Shown here: positions 1-8,869 of the stretch, in pieces | How the letters are laid out: each line of letters begins with the position of its first letter | How positions within the stretch are numbered: the first letter of the stretch is position 1 | NCBI GenBank assembly: GCA_031291715.1 | Contig: JARLIN010000318.1 | Location: forward strand, 1-57,946 | Direction: 5' to 3' | DNA: 57,946 bases | Source of the DNA: Rhodopila sp. | Lineage (GTDB): Bacteria; Pseudomonadota; Alphaproteobacteria; Acetobacterales; Acetobacteraceae | The notes under the pieces: model-generated | The model's database searches: none | Told to the model about the DNA's origin: nothing | What the model saw: only the letters and a program-made list of their open reading frames with translations | Program-made: the position numbers and the translations under genes

Positions 1-16
1 AACCGAACCTGCCAAG

Positions 17-33
17 TGTAAAAAATTCCGACA
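17..33 (-). promoter_or_regulatory. Putative sigma54 enhancer (PrsR-type) box, inverted copy
   Basis: TGTAAAAAATTCCGACA; its reverse complement TGTCGGAATTTTTTACA closely matches the box at 378-394 upstream of the PEP-CTERM gene. Confidence 0.55.
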
Positions 34-377
34 ACGGGTCCGAATATCGGACCGGCTGCACGCTCCGCACGGTTGGCGTTTCGCTCTGATCGGATAAGGA
101 CGGACGCCCTCGATCAAGTCTGGAAAGGCCCTGGGATCAAAAAAGCGCTCGCCGGGCGCGATGCATGGGGAGCGATCCGTTTCCGTTTGCGCCAAGACGA
201 TCAGGCGTTGGCCCGAGGATCGACCCTGAAAAGGTATGATCCCCCGGATGGTCGGGAACTCAGAATTATCTCGTTGAGAGAGAACTCGATCGCATCCAAG
301 GACTTCCCTCGAGCCTGACCCCCGAGGCGCTGGTCGCGACCACCCGAAGGCGGCGACGTCGCGGAGCGGTCGCAGGG

Positions 378-394
378 TGTCGGAAAACTTTACG
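378..394 (+). promoter_or_regulatory. Putative enhancer-binding-protein (PrsR-type) site
   Basis: TGTCGGAAAACTTTACG, imperfect TGT..AC palindrome ending about 63 bp upstream of a sigma54 -24 element; this arrangement is known for PEP-CTERM genes. Confidence 0.6.
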
Positions 395-456
395 ACTCAG
401 TCAGCCTTGCTGAACGAGGCCGCCCTTATCCCTTGATTCATAGACATAAAGTGTAT

Positions 457-471
457 TGGCACGCTGATTGC
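457..471 (+). promoter_or_regulatory. Sigma54 (RpoN) -24/-12 promoter
   Basis: TGGCACG-CTGA-TTGC exactly fits TGGCACG-N4-TTGC, 62 bp before the ATG at 534. Confidence 0.85.
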
Positions 472-533
472 GTCTTCTGCTCCGAACACAAGTGAGCCCA
501 CCTGAGGCCACGAATTTGAGACGAGGTCGTAGC

Positions 534-1241
534 ATGTCGGCGCAACGCACAATGATTCCAGCCCTGGCGATGTTCCTCGGCCTTTGCGCGTCGGCTCATG
601 CCGGAATCATCGTGAACACGATTGGAGTGGGTGGGGATACGCTGAAACCCCTCGCTGGGGGCGCGTCGGCGGAATCGTTCGTCGCGACAAGCACCGGACT
701 TGGCGACATAGAACTCGCGTTGAGTAAGACGAGCGCCGCATCGACAGGCAGTGTCGTGATAACGATCCGCGCTGACACGGGGTCTAACAAGCCTTCCTCC
801 ACGGTTCTGGATACCATCGCCACGGTGCTGGAGCAGAATATCCCCACCGGCTCCGAATCCCTTTTCGATTTCTATAATATTTCCCTCGCCAACCCACTCA
901 CGATTGGAAGTCGTTACTTTATAAATGTTACCTACACCGGCATTAACTCAGCCGATGTTTACACGACAGCAATAGCGCCCTCCGTCGGGACGGCCAGCAC
1001 TGTCCTTGCTGCTGGGAACACCGATTACTCATACGCAGGCGGGGCCGGCACAACCTCTTCCTTGATGATGATTTGCATCAGTACCGACGGTTCTTGTGCG
1101 GCAGCTAATGGGGCGATTTACAGCTCAGTCAATACGGCAGCCCCCGAACCCGCCAGCGTCGCGATCGTGGGCGCAGGTCTGACCGGGCTCGGCTGGGTCC
1201 GTCGGCGCAAGCCCGGCCGGTCTTCCAGGAGTGGCAGCTGA
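534..1241 (+). CDS. PEP-CTERM sorting domain protein (Ser/Thr/Gly-rich, choice-of-anchor R-like body)
   Basis: Signal peptide (MIPALAMFLGLCASAHA); C-terminal APEPASVAIVGAGLTGLGWVRRRK = PEP motif + TM helix + Arg cluster; GAGG RBS before ATG 534. Confidence 0.92.
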   Translation: MSAQRTMIPALAMFLGLCASAHAGIIVNTIGVGGDTLKPLAGGASAESFVATSTGLGDIELALSKTSAASTGSVVITIRADTGSNKPSSTVLDTIATVLEQNIPTGSESLFDFYNISLANPLTIGSRYFINVTYTGINSADVYTTAIAPSVGTASTVLAAGNTDYSYAGGAGTTSSLMMICISTDGSCAAANGAIYSSVNTAAPEPASVAIVGAGLTGLGWVRRRKPGRSSRSGS

Positions 1242-1283
1242 TCTGTCTCGGCGTGGCTTTCGGTTAGATTGGGAACTCGATAG

Positions 1284-3170
1284 ATGGCAAACACGTTCAC
1301 CTTTTCGTACGGCGGCACCGATTACAGCTGGGACACGTCCACAAATTGGACGCCGACCTCGCCAGCTGTCGACTATTACGGGAACGGGACGACAAACGCC
1401 AACTCGTTCGTCATGGATTCCACCGGCAATGGTGGAGATCCCTATACGGCGACGTTCGGTGATGACGCCGGGGCCGACGGCTTTTACGATCTGACCATAG
1501 CATATACTGGCGCGACACTTACCCAAAACATGGGTCCTGGCACCGGACTAAATTACGACGATGCGATCACGATATCCGCTGGCACGTTGGATTTGGGTGA
1601 TTACGGGGGCATTAACTGGACGGGCGTAGGTACCACAGGCGGAGCCATCGTGCTCGGCGCCGACGGCGTGATCCAGGGTGAGGGGTATATCGGGCAGACC
1701 ATCGCGGGGATCACCGGCACTGGCACAATCAAAGCGATATACGAAGGCGACGCCTTTCCGCTCAACATACAGACCGCGATCCACTCGGGTATCCATGTCG
1801 AGATAACCGCGGGCGCGACTTTGGAGATCGGGGCCGCGATTGACGCCGGGGTGACTATCACCCTCGATGATCCCGACTCCAGCACGCTCCTATTGGATGA
1901 TACCGCGGATTTCCAGGGGACGATCGTCGGGCTCGCCACCAGCGACTCCAACAGTTTCGTCGATCTGACCTATTTAGACCCGACCACGGTTGATCATACG
2001 AGTGTAAACGACGGTGTCGTCACGCTGTACGACAGCTCGGGTAATACGCTGGCGTCGCTCTCCATTGCCGGCGGGTATACGAGTGCTGGATTCAAACCCG
2101 ACGACAACGGCGGAACTGACGTATTCATCGTTTGCTTCGGGTCCGGAACACAAATTCTGACCCCGGATGGAAACGTCCCGGTCGAGGCGATCACCGCCGG
2201 CGATCAGGTTATCGCCGTGGTCGATGGCCAGCGTGTCGCACAGCCCGTGAAGTGGGTCGGCTACCGCAAGCTCGACCTGAATCGGCAAGCGAACGGGGCG
2301 GCCCTGGCGCCGATCCGCATCAAGCGCGGCGCGATGGCCGAGGGCCTGCCCGCGCGCGATCTGCTGGTTTCCCCGTGCCATTGCATGCTCATCGATGGCA
2401 AGCTGGTTCCGGCGAAGTTGCTGGTCAACGACATGACCATCGTCCGTGAGACGGCGATGACGACGGTCGAGTACTACCACATCGAACTGGACCGCCACGC
2501 GGTGATCATCGCGGAAGGCGTAGAAACGGAATCCTATCTGGATACCGGCAACCGCGCCTTCTTCAGCAATGCCGGCCTGGCGCTGATCCTGCATCCCGAA
2601 TTCCATGTGAATGCCGGCCTGCGCTGCTGGGAAACGGATGCTTGCGCCCCGCTCGCGATCAGCCCTGCCGCCGTGCTGCCGGTCTGGCGCCCGATCACTG
2701 ACCGTGCGGTCGCGCTCGGCTACGTGCCGCCGACCCACGCGACCACGACCGAGGCCGACATCCACCTGGTGGCCGATGGCCGCCGGATCGACACCATCGA
2801 GGTCAAGGGCAATGTTCACAGCTTCATGGTCCCGGCCGGGGTGAAGTCGCTGGCGCTCGCCTCCCGCTCGGTGGTGCCCGGCGACCTGAAGCCGTATCTG
2901 GATGACCCGCGGCAGATTGGGGTGGCAGTGCGCGGCATCACCATCCGCGGTCAGGCCGGCCGTGCCGAGTTCGCGGCGGACCATCCTGCTTTGGCCCATG
3001 GATGGCATGCGCCGGAACGGGCCGATCGCGCGCTGTGGCGCTGGACCAAGGGGCATGCCGCCCTGCCGATCGGCGCCGTGGAGGGCCCGGTTATCGTTGA
3101 CGTGATGATATCCGAGACAACCACGTACCTGATCGACGAGGTTCGGGCCGAAGGCCGCCTCGCCGCCTGA
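1284..3170 (+). CDS. Hint (Hedgehog/intein, Hint_2) domain surface protein with Gly/Thr/Asp-rich N-terminal passenger
   Basis: CFGSGTQILTPDG at Cys284, LLVSPCH, YYHIELDRHAVIIAEGVETESYLDTGNR; C-terminal DDPRQIGVAV / GWHAPE..WRWT domain. Confidence 0.9.
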   Translation: MANTFTFSYGGTDYSWDTSTNWTPTSPAVDYYGNGTTNANSFVMDSTGNGGDPYTATFGDDAGADGFYDLTIAYTGATLTQNMGPGTGLNYDDAITISAGTLDLGDYGGINWTGVGTTGGAIVLGADGVIQGEGYIGQTIAGITGTGTIKAIYEGDAFPLNIQTAIHSGIHVEITAGATLEIGAAIDAGVTITLDDPDSSTLLLDDTADFQGTIVGLATSDSNSFVDLTYLDPTTVDHTSVNDGVVTLYDSSGNTLASLSIAGGYTSAGFKPDDNGGTDVFIVCFGSGTQILTPDGNVPVEAITAGDQVIAVVDGQRVAQPVKWVGYRKLDLNRQANGAALAPIRIKRGAMAEGLPARDLLVSPCHCMLIDGKLVPAKLLVNDMTIVRETAMTTVEYYHIELDRHAVIIAEGVETESYLDTGNRAFFSNAGLALILHPEFHVNAGLRCWETDACAPLAISPAAVLPVWRPITDRAVALGYVPPTHATTTEADIHLVADGRRIDTIEVKGNVHSFMVPAGVKSLALASRSVVPGDLKPYLDDPRQIGVAVRGITIRGQAGRAEFAADHPALAHGWHAPERADRALWRWTKGHAALPIGAVEGPVIVDVMISETTTYLIDEVRAEGRLAA

Positions 3171-3196
3171 TCCGCGCCCCCGTCGCCGACCTTCTT

Positions 3197-3232
3197 AAAC
3201 ACCAGGACCGTTCCCACGGTCCTGGTGTTTTT
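3197..3232 (+). terminator. Rho-independent terminator
   Basis: 15-bp perfect stem AAACACCAGGACCGT / ACGGTCCTGGTGTTT, 4-nt loop, T run. Confidence 0.8.
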
Positions 3233-3291
3233 CGTTGAACGCACGGCTTCGTGAGTGATACGCGGACGCTGCGACGCACAAGAGAGCACCC

Positions 3292-5178
3292 ATGACCGAA
3301 CTCCATTGGCTGCCAACCATTCCAGACTGGCGTCAACGGCTGCGCGCCCTCCCCACCGACCGCGACACCGCCTGGGACAATGCCGTGGCGCTGGCGAATG
3401 CGCGGCTGAACTTCGTGCTGACCAACGCGCTGGACGAAACGATCCGCCAGGTGCTGCCCACCGGACCGGAGACAACGGCCACCAAGAAGGTGCGACTCGC
3501 GGTGCTGGGGTCCTCCACGCTGACGCACCTGCTGCCGGGCATCCGCGCCGCCGGTCTGCGCCGCGGGATCTGGATCGACACCTACGAAAACGATTACGGC
3601 CAATACCTGCAGGAACTGTCGGAACCCGACTCCCCCCTGCACGAATTCAAACCGACCGCGATCCTGATCGCGCTGGATGCCTACCACCTGACCGCCGGCA
3701 TCACCTCGGGCCTGGACGCCGAAAGCGCCGAGGCAGCGCTGACGGAAATCCAGGACCGTATCAAGGAAGTGTGGCGTCTCGCCCGTGACGCCTTCCGTTG
3801 CCCGATCATCCAGCAGGCGGCGCTGCCGGTGCATCTACCGGTGCTGGGGAATAATGAACACCGCCTGCCCGGCTCCCGCGCCTGGTTCGTGACGCGTTTG
3901 AACCAGGCGATCCGCGCGATGGCGGAGGCCGAGGGCGTCGATATCCTGGCGGTCGATGACCGCGCCGCCCGCGATGGCATCGGCAAATGGCACGACAGTG
4001 CGCTGTGGCACCGCTCCAAGCAGGAGGTTTCGCCCACGGTCGGGCCGCTATACGGCGACCTGGTCGGGCGCTGGCTGGCGGCGAAGCAGGGGCGCTCGTT
4101 CAAGTGCCTGGTCCTGGACCTGGACAACACCGTTTGGGGCGGCGTCATCGGGGACGACGGGCTGGAGGGGATCGCGCTGGGCCAGGGCAGCCCGCTGGGC
4201 GAGGCCTATACCGCGTTCCAGGAATACGCCCGCGAACTCAGCCGGCGCGGCGTCATCCTGGCGGTGTGCTCGAAGAACGACGAAGCCAACGCGGTGGAGC
4301 CTTTCGAGAAACACCCGGACATGGTGCTGAAGCGCGGCGACATCGCCAGCTTCGTCGCCAACTGGCAGAACAAGGCCGACAACATCCGCGCCATCGCGCA
4401 GGAGCTGAACATCGGCCTCGATTCGCTGGTGTTCATCGACGACAACCCGTTCGAGCGGAACCTCGTGCGGCAGGAACTGCCCATGGTCGCGGTGCCGGAG
4501 GTGTCGGACGATCCGACCGGCTATCCGGTCGCGCTGGCCGATGCCGGGTATTTCGAGGGCCTGTCGGTTACCGACGAGGACCGGGAGCGCACGTCGCAAT
4601 ATCAGGGCAACAAGGCGCGCGACGCACTGAAGGCGGCGGTGACGGACCTGCCATCCTATCTGCGCGGGCTGGAGATGCAGCTTGTCTGGAAGCGGTTCGA
4701 CAAGATCGGGCTCCAGCGGATCGTGCAGCTCATCAACAAGTCCAACCAGTTCAACCTGACCACCCGCCGCTATACGGATGAGGACGTGATCGCGGTCATG
4801 GCGGACCCGGACGCGTTCGGGTTGCAGCTCCGCCTGTTGGACCGTTTCGGCGACAATGGCATCATCGCCATCATCATCGGGCGGTTGCGGGAGAATAAGG
4901 ACCTGTATGTGGATACCTGGCTGATGAGCTGCCGCGTGCTGGGGCGGCAGGTGGAGCCGACCACGCTGAACCTGATCGCGCAGGAAGCGGCGAAGCTGGG
5001 GGCCAGGCGGGTGGTGGGCGAGTATATCCCGACCAAGAAGAACGGGATGGTCAAGGACCACTATGCCAAGCTGGGCTTTACGGTTATGGAAACCGACGAA
5101 GCGGGCGGCAACCGCAACATTCTGGATCTGGCGGCGTTTACCCCCGCCGAAACATTCATTCATGTAGTCGAGGGCTAA
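3292..5178 (+). CDS. FkbH-like HAD-IIIC phosphatase / glyceryl-ACP synthase
   Basis: KCLVLDLDNTVWGGVIGDDG, CSKN, FIDDNPFER, QLINKSNQFNLTT, DRFGDNG, WLMSCRVLGR motifs. Confidence 0.93.
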   Translation: MTELHWLPTIPDWRQRLRALPTDRDTAWDNAVALANARLNFVLTNALDETIRQVLPTGPETTATKKVRLAVLGSSTLTHLLPGIRAAGLRRGIWIDTYENDYGQYLQELSEPDSPLHEFKPTAILIALDAYHLTAGITSGLDAESAEAALTEIQDRIKEVWRLARDAFRCPIIQQAALPVHLPVLGNNEHRLPGSRAWFVTRLNQAIRAMAEAEGVDILAVDDRAARDGIGKWHDSALWHRSKQEVSPTVGPLYGDLVGRWLAAKQGRSFKCLVLDLDNTVWGGVIGDDGLEGIALGQGSPLGEAYTAFQEYARELSRRGVILAVCSKNDEANAVEPFEKHPDMVLKRGDIASFVANWQNKADNIRAIAQELNIGLDSLVFIDDNPFERNLVRQELPMVAVPEVSDDPTGYPVALADAGYFEGLSVTDEDRERTSQYQGNKARDALKAAVTDLPSYLRGLEMQLVWKRFDKIGLQRIVQLINKSNQFNLTTRRYTDEDVIAVMADPDAFGLQLRLLDRFGDNGIIAIIIGRLRENKDLYVDTWLMSCRVLGRQVEPTTLNLIAQEAAKLGARRVVGEYIPTKKNGMVKDHYAKLGFTVMETDEAGGNRNILDLAAFTPAETFIHVVEG

Positions 5179-5182
5179 GCTG

Positions 5183-5428
5183 ATGGCGACGGAAGCCGAA
5201 ATCTACGGCGCGCTGACCGAAATTTTCCACGACGTGTTCATGCGCGACGACATCGTTCTGTCCGCCGAACTGACCGCCAAGCAGGTCCAGGGCTGGGACA
5301 GCTTCAAGCAGATCGAGATCATCATGGCCTGCGAGGAGAAGTGGGGCATCAAGTTCAACACCCGCGAACTTGATGCGCTGCGCTGCGTCGGCGATCTGGC
5401 GACGATGGTCGGAAAGAAAGCGGGCTAA
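5183..5428 (+). CDS. Acyl carrier protein
   Basis: 81 aa acidic protein, GWDSFKQIEII phosphopantetheine-site motif, 4 bp after the FkbH-like gene. Confidence 0.9.
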   Translation: MATEAEIYGALTEIFHDVFMRDDIVLSAELTAKQVQGWDSFKQIEIIMACEEKWGIKFNTRELDALRCVGDLATMVGKKAG

Positions 5429-5501
5429 TCAGGGCGAGGGCAACCGTCCCTCCCTTACCACCACGGCCGGGCGCGTCCCGGCCATCCGCCGCCAGTCCAC
5501 A

Positions 5502-6551
5502 TCACCCCTCCAACAAGTGGCCGAACGCCCGTAGGGGACGCAGATCGTCGCAGACGATCTTGGTGATCGCCAGCAACGGCACCGCCAGGATCGCGCCGGG
5601 TACCCCCCACATCCAGTACCAGAAGATCAGCGCCAGGATCACCGCAACCGGGTTGATCGTGAACCGGTGCGCCAGCAGCATCGGCGTGGCGATCTCCCCT
5701 TCGGCGACATGGATGCCGAAATACAGGCCCACCGGCAGCAAGGCCCACCAGGTCACGCCGAGGGAAACGACGCTCGCCATCAGGAAGACCACGATCCCGA
5801 CCATTGGCCCCAGGATCGGCACGAAATTCACCACAAACGCGACCGCACCCCACAGTACGGGATTGGCTACTCCACAAAGCCACATAACGCAGCCGGTCAG
5901 GATACCGACGAGTGCGTTGATGCAGGTCACCGTGAGGAGATAAACGGAGACATCCCGCTCAATGTGCATGGAGAGCTCAACCGCCTGCCGCTTATCCTTG
6001 AAGCGCGGGAGGATCTCGACCATCCGCCGCAGGAAGGTTTCGCCGGATACCAGCATGTAAAACAGGATTAGCAGCGTACTGAACACACCAGACGTCGCCG
6101 TGGCGGAACCGCTGAGGACCGCGCCCACCAGGCTGGATGGTCTTACCGCCGGCGCCTGAGGGGCCCCACCTGCGTCGCCTCCGGTCAGCCCCTCGATCTG
6201 TTTCATCATGCCCTGGACTGCTTCGATCGGCTGCTTCAGGAACCCGAGACTCTCCTGAAGCTTTGGAATCGCCTCCGGCAGCTTACCCGCCCAGGCGGCG
6301 GCGGGACCGGCGAGCACGCTGATCGTACCACCGAAGGCCAGCAGCACCAGCAGCACGGACAAGACCGCACCGATCGCGCGCGGGACACGAATTCCCTCCA
6401 GCAGGCGGACCAGAGGCTGAAGCAGAAGCTTGAGGACGATGGCCAGGATCAGCGGCAGTACGATTTCCGCGGCAACATACAGGGCGGCCATCACCGCCAG
6501 GACGAACAGCCCGCCCAGGAAAACCGTCTTCGGGTCGGTAGGCAGCGGCAT
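5502..6551 (-). CDS. AI-2E family transporter (true start possibly CTG at 6719)
   Basis: Multi-TM protein with NFVPILGP, EGEIATP, INPVAVILALIFWYWMWGVPGAILAVP motifs. Confidence 0.88.
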   Translation of the reverse strand: MPLPTDPKTVFLGGLFVLAVMAALYVAAEIVLPLILAIVLKLLLQPLVRLLEGIRVPRAIGAVLSVLLVLLAFGGTISVLAGPAAAWAGKLPEAIPKLQESLGFLKQPIEAVQGMMKQIEGLTGGDAGGAPQAPAVRPSSLVGAVLSGSATATSGVFSTLLILFYMLVSGETFLRRMVEILPRFKDKRQAVELSMHIERDVSVYLLTVTCINALVGILTGCVMWLCGVANPVLWGAVAFVVNFVPILGPMVGIVVFLMASVVSLGVTWWALLPVGLYFGIHVAEGEIATPMLLAHRFTINPVAVILALIFWYWMWGVPGAILAVPLLAITKIVCDDLRPLRAFGHLLEG

Positions 6552-6715
6552 GTCCTCGGCTTCTTCGGCCGCGGCGCGGAACGTCTTCTTCTCGGTTACC
6601 GTGCCTACCGTCTGGCCGCGGGTAATGTCACCCTCGGTCTCGGTGACCGCGACGAATTCGCTGCGGGTTTCCTCAGCTACGAGGCGATCTTCGACGGAGG
6701 GAGGCTGCTGCTCTG

Positions 6716-7321
6716 TCAGACGATCGGTCCCTTGATCTCGCGCGTCAGCTTCTGGCGCATCGCCTCAGTGAAATCCGGATAGTCGCGGCAGGTTACGGCG
6801 AAGGCCCCAGGTCCCCCGATCACCTCTTCGGTATAGGAGGTCAGCAGGTCGGGCTCTTCATGCAGGATGCACAGGCCATTGATGGTGATATCCGCCGCCA
6901 CCATACGGTCGCGGACCGGCCCGGGTGCGATTCCGTCGTTGGAGCGGCCGTCGCCGATGACGTTCACGATGTTGCGCTTCGGAACAGCCGGGACCTGGGC
7001 CAGCAAGGTCAGCGCCGACAGGAGAGCCTCGCCGATGGCAGTCGCACCGGCCTTCACGGTACGCGGCATGTTATCGACGCTGTCGGCGAAGGCTTGCAGG
7101 TCCGCGGCGGTGGCGATCCGGGTCCAGCCTGTGATGATGTCCTGCTGGCCGGCGCCGGACCACAATAACAATGCCAGGACACTGTTACCGGTCAGGCCAG
7201 CGGCGACGGTGGGATCCCTCAGGGCGGCGGCCATTCCGCCGGCGATCAGACCGAATTCGTCATAGGTGACGCTGGCCGACCCATCGACCGCCAGCACCAT
7301 CGCCAGTTCGACGTGATCCAC
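6716..7321 (-). CDS. DUF1194 vWA-like domain protein
   Basis: ELAMVLAVDGSASV MIDAS-like motif, TAIGEAL, IGDGRSNDG, ITINGLCI, VIGGPGAF. Confidence 0.85.
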   Translation of the reverse strand: MDHVELAMVLAVDGSASVTYDEFGLIAGGMAAALRDPTVAAGLTGNSVLALLLWSGAGQQDIITGWTRIATAADLQAFADSVDNMPRTVKAGATAIGEALLSALTLLAQVPAVPKRNIVNVIGDGRSNDGIAPGPVRDRMVAADITINGLCILHEEPDLLTSYTEEVIGGPGAFAVTCRDYPDFTEAMRQKLTREIKGPIV

Positions 7322-7364
7322 CGCCGATCTCCCCTATCACGCACCGAGGTCAGGAAGGCGGGGC

Positions 7365-8660
7365 TTACTTCCGCTGCTCGATATTGGGAAGCAGCGCCGT
7401 CAGCAGGCCGATCAGCGGCAGGAAAGAACAGACGCGATAGACGGTCTCGATCCCGGTCACGTCGGCGATGCGGCCCAGCGCGGCAGCACCCAGGCCGCCG
7501 AGACCGAAGGAGAAGCCGAACATCATGCCGGCCACGAGGCCAATCCGGCCCGGCAGCAACTCCTGCGCATAGACAATGATGGCGGAGAAGGCGGAAGCCA
7601 GGATCAGGCCGATCACCACGCTCAGGATGCCGGTCCACATCAGGTCGGCGTAGGGCAGCATCAGGGCGAAAGGGAACGCGCCCAGGATGGAGAACCAGAT
7701 CACCGGCTTGCGGCCGAAGCGGTCGCCGATCGGGCCGCCGGCGAGGGTGCCAGCGGCGACCGCGCCCAGGAAGGCGAACAGCATGTACTGCGCGCTCGGC
7801 ACGGACAGGTGGAACTTCTGGATCAAGTAGAAGGTGTAGTACGAACTCAGGCTGGACGTATAGACGTTCTTGGAGAACAGCAGCACCAGGATCACGGTGA
7901 TCGCGCCGATCACCTTCGCCCGCGGCAACGGCGACCGAGGGATCACGACGGGCGCGCGTCGGCCTCTGCGGGCGACCATGGCGGGGTGGCGCGCATACCA
8001 GGCGCTGACATTGGTCAAAACCACGATCGCCAGCAGCGCCGCGGCGGAGAACCAGGCGATGCTGCCCTGGCCTTTCGGCACGACGATGAACGCCGCGAGC
8101 AGCGGGCCGACCGCCGATCCGCTGCTGCCGCCCAACTGGAACAGCGATTGTGCGAACCCGTAGCGGCCGCCGGACGCCATCCGCGCGACGCGTGACGATT
8201 CGGGGTGGAAAACGGAGGAGCCGACGCCGACCATCGCCGCCGCCAACAGGATCATGGGGTAGGTGCTGGCAACCGACAACAGCAGCAGGCCCAGCAAGCT
8301 GCATCCCATAGCCACCGGCAGCGAGAAGGGGGTCGGCCGTTTGTCGGTCACCATGCCGACTACCGGCTGCAACAGCGAGGCGGTCAACTGGAACGCCAGG
8401 GTGATCAGTCCGATCTGGCCGAAATCGAGCCGGTAGGACTCTTTCAGGATCGGATAGATCGCCGGAACCAGCGACTGGTTCATGTCATTGAGGAAATGGC
8501 AAAGGCTGAGCGAAATCAGGATAGTGAAGGTCGTGCCCGTCTCACTGGCCGCGGACGGCGTCCTTGGGTGGCCGACGATAGCCGCACGCTCCGGCGTTTC
8601 CGCCTCGCGCGACCGCACCACAGGTGCGGCTGGCATGGAGACGATGGTGTTCTCGCTCAC
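7365..8660 (-). CDS. MFS transporter, fosmidomycin-resistance Fsr-like
   Basis: HFLNDMNQS, SSVFHPESSRVARMASGGRYGFAQSLFQLGG, GDRFGRK. Confidence 0.9.
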   Translation of the reverse strand: MSENTIVSMPAAPVVRSREAETPERAAIVGHPRTPSAASETGTTFTILISLSLCHFLNDMNQSLVPAIYPILKESYRLDFGQIGLITLAFQLTASLLQPVVGMVTDKRPTPFSLPVAMGCSLLGLLLLSVASTYPMILLAAAMVGVGSSVFHPESSRVARMASGGRYGFAQSLFQLGGSSGSAVGPLLAAFIVVPKGQGSIAWFSAAALLAIVVLTNVSAWYARHPAMVARRGRRAPVVIPRSPLPRAKVIGAITVILVLLFSKNVYTSSLSSYYTFYLIQKFHLSVPSAQYMLFAFLGAVAAGTLAGGPIGDRFGRKPVIWFSILGAFPFALMLPYADLMWTGILSVVIGLILASAFSAIIVYAQELLPGRIGLVAGMMFGFSFGLGGLGAAALGRIADVTGIETVYRVCSFLPLIGLLTALLPNIEQRK

Positions 8661-8869
8661 GGGCTTTTCCTTGGTACGTTCCTGCGCCAGGAATTACTAT
8701 GCCGAAACGCGGACTGTGGCACCTATGCGTCTAGCGTGGACCTGCCATCTTGGTTCTCGCGATCGTTGGTGGAATCCCGCAAAGTTTCGCCTTAATCCGT
8801 AGCAATGGTCACGACGTTGGGCCGGCACCCGTACTTGGCTGGCACGGAATGGTGACTGGAGGTTTTTCG

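Noticed and set aside
73-318. 81-aa ORF in the leading intergenic region
   Set aside because: TTG start, no RBS or motif; lies between two regulatory boxes
2133-2560. Hint domain as a true splicing intein or mobile element
   Set aside because: No C-terminal His-Asn + Cys/Ser/Thr junction and no homing endonuclease
8840-8856. TGGCACG as a second sigma54 promoter
   Set aside because: No TTGC at the -12 position (TGGCACGGAATGGTG)
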